A stretch of 64,000 bases of DNA from Histomonas meleagridis 2922-C6/04-290x (Eukaryota; Protista; Parabasalia): NCBI GenBank assembly GCA_020184695.1, contig JAANOX010000195.1:50862-114861 (forward strand), given 5' to 3'. The position numbers and the translations under genes were made by a program. Each line of letters begins with the position of its first letter. The stretch's first letter is position 1. The notes below the pieces were generated by a model, which saw nothing but the letters and a program-made list of their open reading frames with translations, searched no databases and had not been told where the DNA came from. Shown here one piece after another: positions 38,990 to 50,408 of the stretch.

Positions 38990-40090
38990 ATGTATGACAT
39001 GGACGAATTCGTCACAAAAATCATAGATATTGGAACATGTTTTTATAGAGGTGGATTTTCAGGTGATGACAGTATGTGTCTTAGTGATTATACAATGATT
39101 TTTTATCCAAATGATACCAAAAAACAAAATTCATATTATGTTGGTTGTTTCAATGGTGAAGTAAGTAAAGTTAAAAAACCAATTGAGCGAGGTGCCATCA
39201 AGAACTGGGATGATATGGAAATAATATTGGATGAAATTTTTAAACAATTTGAACGATACCATATATCCTCAAGGTCAGTACTCCATGTTGATAGCCTCCT
39301 CGACCCGACTATTAACAGAGGTAAAATGTCTGAGATCATGTTTGAAAAGTATAATTTTAGATATTTTTACTCAGGAAATCAATGCACTTTTGACACATAT
39401 AGTGCAGGCTTGTTTACCACCCTTATCATTAACATAGGCCATGGCACTACACAAATTGTTCCAGTGTATGAATTATCAGCAATTACATCTGCAGCATCCG
39501 AACTCAACATTTCTGGTGTTGATATCACACAAATGTTTGAGAATCTTCTTTATGAACGAGGTTATACATTTAATGATCCAACTGACATTGAATACCTTAA
39601 ACGAAAATCATCATATGTTGCAGATGACTTTGAGTCCGAACTTATTAAAGCTAAAACGACGAATGAATGTAATCAAACAATTTCTGTTGACTCTCAAGAA
39701 ATAACTCTTTCATATGAACGATTTGTTTGTTATGAGCAATTATTCCGAAATCAATCGAATGGGTTTAATCAAAAAGGAATTGTTGAAGCTGCATACGATT
39801 CAATTATGAGCTTAGATGAAGAATTAAGGAAAAAAATAAAATGCATTTACTTGATGGGTGGTTCTACACTTGTGGATGGGCTCATTGATAGATTTGATAA
39901 AGAACTAACAAAGAAAATGGAAAACAAAAATATAAAATTTAAGATTCTTGCAACTGTAGAAAGACCTAAGAATAGTTGGGTAGGAGCATCTATTTTTTCA
40001 AGTTTGAGCTGGTATGATCAAGCCTATGTTAAAAAAGATGAGTATGATGAATATGGATTATCTTTTGTATTAAAAAAATGTTTTAATTAA
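38990..40090 (+). CDS. Divergent actin-like protein
   Basis: IIDIGT..GGFSGD, KPIERGAIKNWDDME, NIGHGTTQIVPV, LMGGSTL, WVGASI, EYDEYG..KKCF. Confidence 0.9.
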   Translation: MYDMDEFVTKIIDIGTCFYRGGFSGDDSMCLSDYTMIFYPNDTKKQNSYYVGCFNGEVSKVKKPIERGAIKNWDDMEIILDEIFKQFERYHISSRSVLHVDSLLDPTINRGKMSEIMFEKYNFRYFYSGNQCTFDTYSAGLFTTLIINIGHGTTQIVPVYELSAITSAASELNISGVDITQMFENLLYERGYTFNDPTDIEYLKRKSSYVADDFESELIKAKTTNECNQTISVDSQEITLSYERFVCYEQLFRNQSNGFNQKGIVEAAYDSIMSLDEELRKKIKCIYLMGGSTLVDGLIDRFDKELTKKMENKNIKFKILATVERPKNSWVGASIFSSLSWYDQAYVKKDEYDEYGLSFVLKKCFN

Positions 40091-40179
40091 TTTTTTGATT
40101 TTTTTAAACAGATAAAATTCAATATGTAATTGTTGAAACATAATATTAAAAGAAGTAAATTTATGTTTTTTACAGATGT

Positions 40180-40725
40180 TCATTTCCCTCTCATCATTTC
40201 AGAAATTGTTTTTCTTTCGAGTCGAGCTTTACGACGTGCCTCAATTTCAATGTTAGATGTATTTTGTCTTGGCTTACGACGCGCTGTTTCACCAGAAGCA
40301 AGTCTCTTTTCTTCAAATTCTTTGGCTGTTTGTTGGGTAAACCATTGTGGAATTTCATTATCCCATTCACCTGGTACTGGTGGCTCAAGTGGTTCTTTAA
40401 GATTGCGAGTTTCCCATCGCCTTATAGCTAACACAACACGAACTAACTCTGCTTGATCTGCCATAACTAAGCGAACTTCGTCATATGCCCAACCAATTCC
40501 AAGTTTTCTCATTGCTTGAGCTGCAAGGCGCCAGTTACCGACTCGAGCAAAGCGATCAACTCCATCTGTAATCTGTTTTAAATTAATGCATCCTGGTGAC
40601 ATTCGATTTAAAATAAAGCAAATAATGTCTCCATGTGAAACACGCTCCCAATTCACGACACGCTCACCTGAAGCTTCACTAAGATACTTAAGGAATCTTT
40701 GTTTACTATTATCAACTAAACTCAT
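40180..40725 (-). CDS. Calponin-homology-like domain protein
   Basis: HGDIICFILNRMSPGCI..GNWRLAAQAMRKLGI..LVRVVLAI matches a CH-domain pattern. Confidence 0.65.
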   Translation of the reverse strand: MSLVDNSKQRFLKYLSEASGERVVNWERVSHGDIICFILNRMSPGCINLKQITDGVDRFARVGNWRLAAQAMRKLGIGWAYDEVRLVMADQAELVRVVLAIRRWETRNLKEPLEPPVPGEWDNEIPQWFTQQTAKEFEEKRLASGETARRKPRQNTSNIEIEARRKARLERKTISEMMRGK

Positions 40726-40787
40726 AAATAACGTTTATTTTAACGGTCGATAATATAATAATAAACGTTCTCTAAAGACATTTTAAA

Positions 40788-42269
40788 ATGATAGGATCTC
40801 CCACAAAAAACCCAAATAAAGAAGATCTTTATAAAGAATATTTTGCGCGAATTAATGAATGTTTAGAATCACGAAGTATTGGATATAATAAACAAGGATT
40901 TTATCTATTATGTAGATTATTATCACACAATGTTCCACTTGATAAATTTAAGCCATTAATAACCAAACATATTTCTAGTCCGAAGTCCCAAGTAGAAATC
41001 CTTTCTCAAATGTTTTTTGCCCAATATTATGATCCAAACGATAAATTATGTTTAGAAACATTAAAAACTCTAATGAAACAAACAGAATCACCTAATGAAA
41101 TTCATAGAATTCATGCAGTCAAAACATTATCAAACATTAATCATCCTGATATTATCCAAAAACTTATTCAAGTTGCCCAATCAGATAAATCTCCACTTGT
41201 CAAGAAAGCTTCATTAATTGGAGCTTCATATAGAGTTTCCAAGTCAGGAATAGATTCCAATAATTTGTTAATAATTGTGTTAATCAAAAGTTTTTTTAAA
41301 ACAGAAGATCCTATTTTAGTTTCTGGTGCCATATTATCATCTCACATCATTAAAATCCCATCACTTATTCAAGAATTTAAAGATTCCATATGGCCTCTTA
41401 TTTATTCACTTGACCCATGGTCGCAAAGCCAAGCCATTCCATATCTCCCAGATGTTAATGATCACAAGCCCATTCTCTTTGCTTTACTTCACTCACAAAA
41501 TCCTATCGTTGTATTAGAGACCGTTAAGCGTCTTCCAGATGAGCCTGAAAAAATCATTCCACCATTACTACGACTAACAAATCAAAATTCCATCATTTCT
41601 ATCCATGCCTTTTCTGCTTTAGAATCTGTTTCTCTCCAATATCCACAATATTTACAACCATATTCGTCATATTTTTTACCACTTAATAACTCAATTGAAA
41701 CGTCATATCTTTCAGTCAAAATCCTTGGTAACATTGACTGTACCAAATATCTTTTAAATTGGGCATTGTATGAACGTAATATATATGCAGCACATCTTAT
41801 TGGTAAAAAGAAAGATGAAAATTGTCTCCGAACTCTTTTAGAGAATGGAACAGATCTCATTTCAGAAATCGCTTCATTTTATTCATCGAAAATTAACAAC
41901 GAAGAATTCCTTGTTAATTTACTTAATGTAAAACGAATTCGTTCAACAATTGTTGCTGTGTTTACTGAAATATCGAAAGAAAACCCAAAAATTTCGGAAC
42001 TCATGTTAGAGAACTTACTGAGCAAATATAACGAATTGGAAAGAGATGTGAAGAACGAAGCGGCTCTACTTAGCGTAAGATTAATCGACTGCGCTCATAG
42101 CGATTGTGCAAACGAATTCTTCGATAAATGTTTAAATGATGTGGATGAAGACATAAGAAATAGAGCAAAAACTCTGAAGTATTTGTTGGAAAGTGGTCCA
42201 AACTTGAGAAAGGCTATTTGGAACACAAGCGAACCACCAAACCCGGCGCCGCCGTACATATTCCTGTAA
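40788..42269 (+). CDS. Adaptin N-terminal (beta-adaptin-like, AP-3 type possible) HEAT protein
   Basis: RIHAVKTLSNI, DKSPLVKKAS, LDPWSQ, LLHSQNPIVV, DVDEDIRNRAK. Confidence 0.7.
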   Translation: MIGSPTKNPNKEDLYKEYFARINECLESRSIGYNKQGFYLLCRLLSHNVPLDKFKPLITKHISSPKSQVEILSQMFFAQYYDPNDKLCLETLKTLMKQTESPNEIHRIHAVKTLSNINHPDIIQKLIQVAQSDKSPLVKKASLIGASYRVSKSGIDSNNLLIIVLIKSFFKTEDPILVSGAILSSHIIKIPSLIQEFKDSIWPLIYSLDPWSQSQAIPYLPDVNDHKPILFALLHSQNPIVVLETVKRLPDEPEKIIPPLLRLTNQNSIISIHAFSALESVSLQYPQYLQPYSSYFLPLNNSIETSYLSVKILGNIDCTKYLLNWALYERNIYAAHLIGKKKDENCLRTLLENGTDLISEIASFYSSKINNEEFLVNLLNVKRIRSTIVAVFTEISKENPKISELMLENLLSKYNELERDVKNEAALLSVRLIDCAHSDCANEFFDKCLNDVDEDIRNRAKTLKYLLESGPNLRKAIWNTSEPPNPAPPYIFL

Positions 42270-42476
42270 AAAATTATTCGATGTTTTTGTAAAATGTATT
42301 CATTTATGAATTTTTCCAAGCATTTTATTGTTAAAAATAATAAATTTATTGAGATATCAATAAAATAAAAATAAAATTATAAAGTTAAACCACTATTTGA
42401 ATTTTTATTAATAACAGCACTTTGATTTTTCTATTTCTTATTTTTGTTTGAAATAAGCAGGCAAATATATCTTGTA

Positions 42477-44882
42477 TTATATCCATTTGTCATCTTCCTG
42501 AATAATAAAATCATTATATTCTATATTAAAAGATTCACTTATGCTGTTACATTTTGATGAAGAAAGATGTGAATTTTTATTCGAATAATTCTTTTTACTC
42601 CTTTTAATAACAAAAATAATAATCCCTATGATCAATAGAAATGTAGCAACTGCAGAACATATAATTCCAATTAAAACACTGGTTGACATATCATGATTAA
42701 CTTGGGGTGAATTAATTTGAGTAATTGTATAAAATTCAAAATAATAATATGAAGAATATTGAAGGATAATATAATCATAAAATACAAATTCTGAGTAAAT
42801 TAAAGTGTATATTGAACTAACTAATGTATGTGAGAATGAATTTGATAAAAATGTATGGTTAATGGTTAACGTTTGAGTAATTAACAAAGAATGTGTAAAA
42901 ATTAATGAAAATGATAAAAATAAATTTGATTTCGTAAAAATATCACTTTGTGTAAATTCATTTGATTTCGTAAATGTATATGAAAATGTTTTAGATTTTG
43001 TAAATGTGATACTTTTAGTAAAAAAATCAGATTTAGTAAATGAATTACTTTGTGTAAAAACATTGGATTTTGTGAATGTAGGTGTTGGCCAAAGATATTG
43101 AGCACATCCATCAACTGTTGTTCCTTTTAATGCTTTAAGTGTTCCAAATGTAGTATCTTGATATAAATCTGATGTCATAACATATTTTATTGTAACGCCA
43201 AATGCGTTAGAATCTATATCAGTTGGGGATGTATAACCTGTGAAATAAATGCATTTTAAATTATTGCAGTAAGTAAATGCATTCTTTCCAATTGTTTTTA
43301 CATGTTCTCCAATTGTAACTATTGTCAATTTTGTACAATAGCAAAATGCAGATAATCCAATTTTTGTAACAGAATCAGGAATTGCAATGTTTTGTATTAA
43401 ACATTGATAAAAAGCATAATTTTCTATATTTAAAATTGAGTTTAAGAAATTATATGTATCATTAGAAATGGATGATGGATAACAAATAATTGAAGAATAA
43501 TTTTTATTAAATAAAATCCCATTATCATCATTTATATAATAAGTATTTTCATTAGACACTTTAATAAATTGAAGATTTTTACAATACATAAAAATACCTG
43601 GTCCAATTGAAGCTACTGATTTTGGAATAGTAATATTTTTTAATGAAGTGCATGAATGAAATGCAAAACTATCAATAGCTTTTACATTTTCTCCAATAAT
43701 CACTTTTTCGAGTGAATAACATTCTCTAAATACATATGTTTGAATTATTATAACAGAATTAGGAATTATAATATTTGTAAATGAACATCTATAAAACGAA
43801 TAAGTTTGAATTATTTGAACAGAATCTGGAATTGTAATATTTGTAGATATACACCCATTAAATGCATAGTCTCCAATTTTTGAAACTGTATTAGGGATTT
43901 CAAATGTTTTATCAGAAAGTCCAGCTGGATAGCAAATGATTATGGAATAATTTTTATCATAAAGAATTCCATTATCAGATAAATAAAATGTATTTTGATT
44001 TGATACTTGGATTTTTTGTAGTTTACTGCACCCTACAAAAGCAGTTGAAGCAATTGAATTGACAGATTTTGGAATTGAAATATTTTTTAATGAGGTGCAT
44101 GAACGAAATGCACTGGTTTCAATTGAGTTTACATCGGCTCCAATAATCACATTTTCTAATTTAGAACAATAAGCAAATGCATAAGTTCCAATTGTTATTA
44201 CTGAATTACATATTTGAGCAGAAATCAAATTTGTCCACTCATCGAAAGCACGAGAAGGAATTTCTTTAACCCCACCATCAATGATTACATGTTGAGCTGA
44301 AAACTTGTATTCATCAGAAAATTCAAGAGAAGTAGATATCGTAAGCGTATAAATTGTTGAGTTAAATGTTTCGAATGCATGTGTAAAAAAGAGAATAAAT
44401 AGAATAGGAAAAAATGTATAACTCGAATTTTCTTGAAAGTAAAAGTTTTTAAATATAAAATTTGGTAAATTAAATTTAATTTTGTATATAAACATAACTA
44501 AAATTAATATTAAAAAAGTGATTTTATATAACAAAAGAATACAATCAAACATGTATGTTTTTAGATGTTTCATCGAATTTGAATCCGAACATGCTGCCAG
44601 CAAGCAACTTAAGAATGTCGTATGATTGTAAACATTTTGTTTTAAAACACTAAAATGTGAAATTTGAATGTAGGTAGAATTTGGGTTAATGTATCTAAAC
44701 AATTCACTTTTATTTTTAGGGTTTTGATGGGATGTGCATTGGAATAATTCAGACTTCTTTTTAAAAAATGATATACTACATAAACAAACCAGAAGGAACA
44801 GATAATGTTTAATCATTTGATATATTACAATGAGAAAACTAGCTCTGTTATTGACAAAATAAAAAGCCCGCATCATATTCAA
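42477..44882 (-). CDS. BspA-like LRR_5 surface protein with F-T-x-S stalk and TM
   Basis: Many ~23-aa TpLRR units (IPxSVxxIGxxAFxxCxxL); hexapeptide stalk TFTKSN; TM VLIGIICSAVATFLLIIGIIIFVI; true start uncertain. Confidence 0.9.
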   Translation of the reverse strand: MNMMRAFYFVNNRASFLIVIYQMIKHYLFLLVCLCSISFFKKKSELFQCTSHQNPKNKSELFRYINPNSTYIQISHFSVLKQNVYNHTTFLSCLLAACSDSNSMKHLKTYMFDCILLLYKITFLILILVMFIYKIKFNLPNFIFKNFYFQENSSYTFFPILFILFFTHAFETFNSTIYTLTISTSLEFSDEYKFSAQHVIIDGGVKEIPSRAFDEWTNLISAQICNSVITIGTYAFAYCSKLENVIIGADVNSIETSAFRSCTSLKNISIPKSVNSIASTAFVGCSKLQKIQVSNQNTFYLSDNGILYDKNYSIIICYPAGLSDKTFEIPNTVSKIGDYAFNGCISTNITIPDSVQIIQTYSFYRCSFTNIIIPNSVIIIQTYVFRECYSLEKVIIGENVKAIDSFAFHSCTSLKNITIPKSVASIGPGIFMYCKNLQFIKVSNENTYYINDDNGILFNKNYSSIICYPSSISNDTYNFLNSILNIENYAFYQCLIQNIAIPDSVTKIGLSAFCYCTKLTIVTIGEHVKTIGKNAFTYCNNLKCIYFTGYTSPTDIDSNAFGVTIKYVMTSDLYQDTTFGTLKALKGTTVDGCAQYLWPTPTFTKSNVFTQSNSFTKSDFFTKSITFTKSKTFSYTFTKSNEFTQSDIFTKSNLFLSFSLIFTHSLLITQTLTINHTFLSNSFSHTLVSSIYTLIYSEFVFYDYIILQYSSYYYFEFYTITQINSPQVNHDMSTSVLIGIICSAVATFLLIIGIIIFVIKRSKKNYSNKNSHLSSSKCNSISESFNIEYNDFIIQEDDKWI

Positions 44883-45027
44883 ACCATTTGAGAGATTTTA
44901 CAGTTTTTTGTGAAGGGACATGAGGACGTTAATTAACTGAAAATTGCCATGTTACAGTTCGATCATCGGTTTCATAGAAATAATTTTAAACGTGCATTTT
45001 CATTTTAGCTGATTTTTATTTAGATTT

Positions 45028-45867
45028 TTAAATAGGTGTGAGTCTTTTCACTGTAATTCCATACCCAACTTGATCGGGGGTTAGAAGTTTCTTAAACATG
45101 TTTTCCCATGAAATCTTTGGAATGACAATTTTCCTTGACATCTTTAATTCTCTCTCTAAGATGATAGGTGAGTTTTGAGGAACAGCTGTAAATGTCTGGC
45201 AGAAGAATGCCTCGTTGATTTTGCTTCCATATTTGTTTTGGAAATCTTCGGCGGAAATCCAATCGCCTTTTTCATCAAGAGCAAGAACATCAGAAAACAG
45301 TTCTGTGTAGTGATCAAATATGAATTTGACGAGTTGTGGATCCAAAAGCCATTGCGGTTTTGATGGATCTGATATTAATATTGGCGCTAAAGGAACACTT
45401 ATGTTATATAAATCCATTTTGTTCCTCTTATCTTGTGATATCTTAACGAAAAAGCCTAATATTCGACTTAATAAGACTTTGTTATGAAATGGCAACATTC
45501 CAATTAATTTTGAAACCTGTTTGAGATCATCATCGTTATATGGATCTTTACATCCTAACGGTTTAGAAATCTTTTCCCATTGTGGTGCAAAGTTGTTATC
45601 AAGAATGTGATTCTTCAGGTATCGGAAGAAACGTGTAATGACATTTGCAATTATGAAAGGTGAAATGGATTTTGTGATGTTAATAGTGCCTGTGGCATCA
45701 ATTAAGGCCGTGAGTCTTGTGATTTCCTTATCATCTCCAGGGACTCGAAAAATGCCAACAACATGTGAATTTTCAAGCATATAAGACATACATTTTTCAA
45801 GGAATGGGGGAACGGGAGCATTGAAGTGACCAATGATATCTGAAAGTTGAGCTCCGTAAACTTTCAT
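45028..45867 (-). CDS. RhoGAP-domain protein
   Basis: VPPFLEKC, GIFRVPGD arginine finger, KNKM-equivalent RNKMDLYNISV. Confidence 0.9.
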   Translation of the reverse strand: MKVYGAQLSDIIGHFNAPVPPFLEKCMSYMLENSHVVGIFRVPGDDKEITRLTALIDATGTINITKSISPFIIANVITRFFRYLKNHILDNNFAPQWEKISKPLGCKDPYNDDDLKQVSKLIGMLPFHNKVLLSRILGFFVKISQDKRNKMDLYNISVPLAPILISDPSKPQWLLDPQLVKFIFDHYTELFSDVLALDEKGDWISAEDFQNKYGSKINEAFFCQTFTAVPQNSPIILERELKMSRKIVIPKISWENMFKKLLTPDQVGYGITVKRLTPI

Positions 45868-46279
45868 GATAAAAATTGATTTTAATTTGAGTCAAAGTGT
45901 TAACGTATGGTATTCAAAACGTCTTTGTGAACTCAAAAATGAAAACTTTACTTCAGTTCTCGACTTTTTGATTAATTTCATATAATATTTTCTGTATACA
46001 TAACCGAATAAACCGCTCAATTTGAATATATCGGCATTTTATAACATCGGCCCACGTCATGCTAAAGTGAAGTGAAGAAGAGAAAAAGCATTTCCACAAT
46101 ATAATTCTGGTACTTTACTTTAGTTTTCTACACTTAAACAATTCCGCCTATAGAAACATAGAAGTTCCAGGAAAATATTTATAATTAACTTCATTATACT
46201 GAGGAAATAAATATTTTTTTTAATTAATTTTCACCAATAGTTTATATTATAAGATAAATTTTATTAATACAAACATTTT

Positions 46280-47692
46280 TTAAATATTTTTCATTTTCCC
46301 AACAGATTCGGCAATTTTTTTCAATGACACCGAATGATTTAGCATTTGCATTACCAAAACCACCACCAAGAACAAGAAGATGACGCCCATAATTCTTGCC
46401 TTCTTTATTTCCTTTTCCATTTTCCCTTCTACGTCTTTAATTCTTTCTTTCATTTCCGATGTTTCCTTTTGCATATTACATATTTCATTTACTGCATTTT
46501 CGGTATCATTATACGCGCTATTAATTTCGTTTCTAATTTTTAACGCTTCGACTTTTGTATTAAAAATTTTATTTTTAACTTTTTCTGTTTTTACGTTTAC
46601 ATTTAACATCAATTCCGACGCTTCATTAATTGCTTCGATAAAATGCTTTTGAGCAGAAGCTATAGAACTTATTGGGCTTTTTAATCCCGAAATAATTTTT
46701 GACAAATTTTTTGTAATTTTTTGTGCGTTTTCATCATTTATATTATTAACATTTAATTCGCCGATTTTATCATTTACATTATATAAATTAAATGGTACTA
46801 TAACACCAAGCTCGTTTAATGTCTTTAAAGGATCATTAGAAATTGGTATTAAGTTCTTTATTATCGAATTAAACGTTTCTTTATTACATTCGTTTATAGG
46901 TAGAAAATGATCTTTTTGATATTGCTGCAATGATGAGCGAATACTCGTCATGTCATCACTACAGCCATAATTCAAGCGATGCAATGAAAACATTATATAT
47001 CGCTTCAATGAGAGAAGCTGATGAAGAATAAATGGAGTTAAACAAAAGTTTCCTAATAATAAATTGGGAAAACATTTTTCTTTAAAGCGATAGATTGGTT
47101 CTTTAAGCGTGCCAAAATATTGGAAATTTGTTGGCGGAGGAGTTGTAGTAAGAAAACAAAAGAAATGTAGAAGTGAATGAACTTGTAAATATAAATTAGA
47201 TAATGTCATGGAATTACCATAAAGTTGATGGAATCGGTGTAAACATGTGGAATAAATATCAGGGTTATGAAGAATGCTTTCGGTAAGTTGTGGAATAACA
47301 TCAATATGAGAAAACGCAGCAAGCTTTTGATAGAGATCTGAAACTTCAGACCAATTACCTGAGCTTATAGTAACCTCATTGCCATTAAGTGAATTTGAAG
47401 GATAATAGATGATAATTTGTTCTGAATCAAGGCGTTTTATTTGAAGTCCCAATTTACTAAAATCTGGTATTTGATCAGGAAACTTGAATTGATGAAAATA
47501 AGTGGTTGAGGATTGGTCAATAACTGGGGCTGAGAAAAATGGAAAATTTGCATTATCAAGTCTATCTAAAAATGCATAAAGTTTGTATCCTGAAATTTGA
47601 ATTGGTTTATCACTAACCCTAATAGCCGATTTTAAAAAAGAGTATGGATTAGTCTCATAACTTTCTGGAAATAAGTATATTAAATCAAGCAT
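46280..47692 (-). CDS. Hypothetical protein with C-terminal coiled coil and TM
   Basis: 470-aa ORF; long heptad region then MGVIFLFLVVVLVM; faint unverified STB6-like resemblance. Confidence 0.6.
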   Translation of the reverse strand: MLDLIYLFPESYETNPYSFLKSAIRVSDKPIQISGYKLYAFLDRLDNANFPFFSAPVIDQSSTTYFHQFKFPDQIPDFSKLGLQIKRLDSEQIIIYYPSNSLNGNEVTISSGNWSEVSDLYQKLAAFSHIDVIPQLTESILHNPDIYSTCLHRFHQLYGNSMTLSNLYLQVHSLLHFFCFLTTTPPPTNFQYFGTLKEPIYRFKEKCFPNLLLGNFCLTPFILHQLLSLKRYIMFSLHRLNYGCSDDMTSIRSSLQQYQKDHFLPINECNKETFNSIIKNLIPISNDPLKTLNELGVIVPFNLYNVNDKIGELNVNNINDENAQKITKNLSKIISGLKSPISSIASAQKHFIEAINEASELMLNVNVKTEKVKNKIFNTKVEALKIRNEINSAYNDTENAVNEICNMQKETSEMKERIKDVEGKMEKEIKKARIMGVIFLFLVVVLVMQMLNHSVSLKKIAESVGKMKNI

Positions 47693-47879
47693 TAGCTAAT
47701 TTCAGTTTAAACGGGCGCCATAAATGCATTAAACGTTTTCTTCGGCACAACGATAGAATTTCTGAATCTATGTAAATAAAAAGTGTCGATTGAAATCACC
47801 ACTATTTTCTCAAAAACTATCAGAAGAATTTTTATGATATATGTAAACAGATTAAAATAGATACTTATTGGTTAAAATA

Positions 47880-48390
47880 TATTATGAATTTATTTGATAT
47901 TAATTTCCATATACATCTAATCTTATCATTTCACGTTTCATATATAAATCTTATATAAAATCTTTCTCTATAATATATTAAAATATATTTTTTTTCATAT
48001 ATATAATTAAGTCAAGAGTAGAATCAATTAAAGAAGATTATAACATAATTGAAATTTTTACACATTTTCTTCTTCAATTAAACACAAGAATCATATGATT
48101 GAAGAAATTATATCAATATAGTTCAAACGAAAAACACATTATATTTTGCACACCATTTTACTGAAACAAAAATTAATCAATTAAGAAATTCTGAAAAAAC
48201 ATATTTAAATTTCTTTATAGATATTGAAGATCTCAAAAAAGATAACTGGAAACTACATAAACAACTTATTAAAGAAGGTATCAATCCTAGAAATTTTCAT
48301 AAATCTGGTTTATACCTTTCATATGTTATTTTACAACCATTCAATCCATCCCTGGAACAAACCAAAACGACAAAAGCCCACAAGTACTAA
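47880..48390 (+). pseudogene. Relic of the DUF3447-ankyrin family N-terminal region
   Basis: EDLKKDNWKLHKQLIKEGINP (~48226-48288) matches KLSKNDWELHKKYVKEGVNP and QLSKNNWELHKKLIEEGTNQ of the two ankyrin genes; upstream part is broken by stops. Confidence 0.55.
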
Positions 48391-48418
48391 TGCAATAGTT
48401 TTATTTATTCATAACATT

Positions 48419-50299
48419 TCATTTATCTTTGAATAATTTGTTTAAATGTTCAGTCACGTTAATTGTTGCAGAAGTTTTTTCTCTTTTTCTGTTTTTTCCC
48501 ATCAACAACTTAAACAATTCTCCGCTTTGGTTAATTATTTCGTTTGCTCTATTCGCAGCGTTTTCCACAATTGTTTCGAAGTTTTTATCTTTCATTTTAT
48601 CCACAAACATTTCTTTCATTTTATTTTTCTCATTATCCGCCAAAACACAAGACAACAATTCGAAGTCATTATATAAATCGACGATATTTTTGTTATTATC
48701 ATTCAACAAATTTTCGAATGAATTAATAATAATTTTTTTAGTTTCATTTCTTAAGCATTCATCTAAAGGATAATGATAATTACTACCACCTGCTTTTAAT
48801 ATTTCTTCTTCCAAATTACAAAGAAATTTAAATGTTATATTACTATTCGGTAAATTCATTAATTCCATTTGATATTTCTTCGATATGTTCTTTGCCCATT
48901 TCGTTGCTGATTTCATTTGTATTTCTTTAAGAATATTTATATTATCCTTTAAAATAATATTTAACGATTTGATGGAACTTAATGATCCTGTTAATAAACA
49001 TATACATAATGGATTCGTTTCAATATATTTATCAAATAAATTAGAAATTAATTTGATTTGCGTTAAAATTGGAGTTTCAAGCATTTGAATAGAAACGATT
49101 CCATGTGTTTGATTTCCTAATTGTGTGATAAGTGTGTCTATAAGTTTCTCAAAGTGATCATATATCATCGAGATCTCAATTGGTATTCCATTTGAGCGAA
49201 GTTTGAGACTTTGTGATTCTAAAAAAACAAATTCAATCGAATTGAATGATTCGATACGTTTGTTATTCAAAAGTTTCTTTGTTTGTGTCAAAATATTTAG
49301 CTCCGATATGGAAAAGTCGATGGATTGCTGTGATAACAAATGAAAAATCTTAAGAAATATTTCATTCCAGATGTCTTTGTGAATTCCTATCTCTGTAATA
49401 TTAAAACGAAATGTTGTAAGTTGGGTTTGAATGATTTCATTAATTTCTTTAGAATATTGAAGAATGCATTGAAGTGAATGAGACTTAAATTTGGAAACAT
49501 TGGATTCAAATGTGTTGACAAATGTGGTCATCATATCAGTTAAAATTTGATTTGCTGATTTATTTTTGGCAATAAATTCCGTCGTGGACTCAAGAATAGA
49601 TATAAACGACTTACAAATTTCCAATATATTGTCTTTAGATTGTATAAGTTTGATAACCCGATTATTGAGATATTCTGATAAAATTGATGACGCAGTTTTA
49701 GACACTGTTACAAGATCAGGAAAGTCCGTAACTAATTTACTTATTGCAATAAAACAATCTGTAATGGATTCATAAGATAAATTAGTATCAAGATTATTGG
49801 AAATAAAATTATTAATTGATGAAAAAACTCGTTGTGGTAATAAATTGAAGCTGAATTGTAAAGAGCCATAAACAGTTGTACCATTGTCCTTAGTTTTAGT
49901 GAATATTTTGTTGGCTTCTGATATTAGTTTGACTGCTTCAAAAAACTGCTTCATATTAATCTTTTGAATTGTTTGAATGTAAAAACTTGAAACTTGAGAG
50001 AGAGGTTGAATTGATTGTTGCGTTTGAAATATTGATGAATCTGAATAATCTTTTCGAAGATGATCAACCTTTTTAAGAATTTGTTCACATCCTTCAAAAA
50101 TTCCTTGTATCTGCTTTAATACTGGTGGAGTATTGAGAAGAGGTCTGTAATTATCACCAATAAACTTTCTGAGAATTGTTTGCTTATTTTCAATTTCATC
50201 AAGAGCTGTCTTTTTGATTTTTTTGATAGTTTCTACGTCATATTCAACGAAAAGATCTCGAGCATCTGAAGTTACAGAAATGTTTAAAACTTCAGACAT
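48419..50299 (-). CDS. COG1 / Vps51-domain tethering subunit
   Basis: N-terminal LFVEYDVETIKKI..EIENKQTILRKFIGDNYRPLL is the Vps51/COG1 pattern. Confidence 0.7.
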   Translation of the reverse strand: MSEVLNISVTSDARDLFVEYDVETIKKIKKTALDEIENKQTILRKFIGDNYRPLLNTPPVLKQIQGIFEGCEQILKKVDHLRKDYSDSSIFQTQQSIQPLSQVSSFYIQTIQKINMKQFFEAVKLISEANKIFTKTKDNGTTVYGSLQFSFNLLPQRVFSSINNFISNNLDTNLSYESITDCFIAISKLVTDFPDLVTVSKTASSILSEYLNNRVIKLIQSKDNILEICKSFISILESTTEFIAKNKSANQILTDMMTTFVNTFESNVSKFKSHSLQCILQYSKEINEIIQTQLTTFRFNITEIGIHKDIWNEIFLKIFHLLSQQSIDFSISELNILTQTKKLLNNKRIESFNSIEFVFLESQSLKLRSNGIPIEISMIYDHFEKLIDTLITQLGNQTHGIVSIQMLETPILTQIKLISNLFDKYIETNPLCICLLTGSLSSIKSLNIILKDNINILKEIQMKSATKWAKNISKKYQMELMNLPNSNITFKFLCNLEEEILKAGGSNYHYPLDECLRNETKKIIINSFENLLNDNNKNIVDLYNDFELLSCVLADNEKNKMKEMFVDKMKDKNFETIVENAANRANEIINQSGELFKLLMGKNRKREKTSATINVTEHLNKLFKDK

Positions 50300-50408
50300 A
50301 TGTCCTAATCAGACAAAGACTCTCAAATCAATTTTGGGGTGCTCCCACTATTTGTGAAGTTATATTACAGTTACGGTAAATAAAAAAAATGATGGATTAG
50401 ATTATCAT

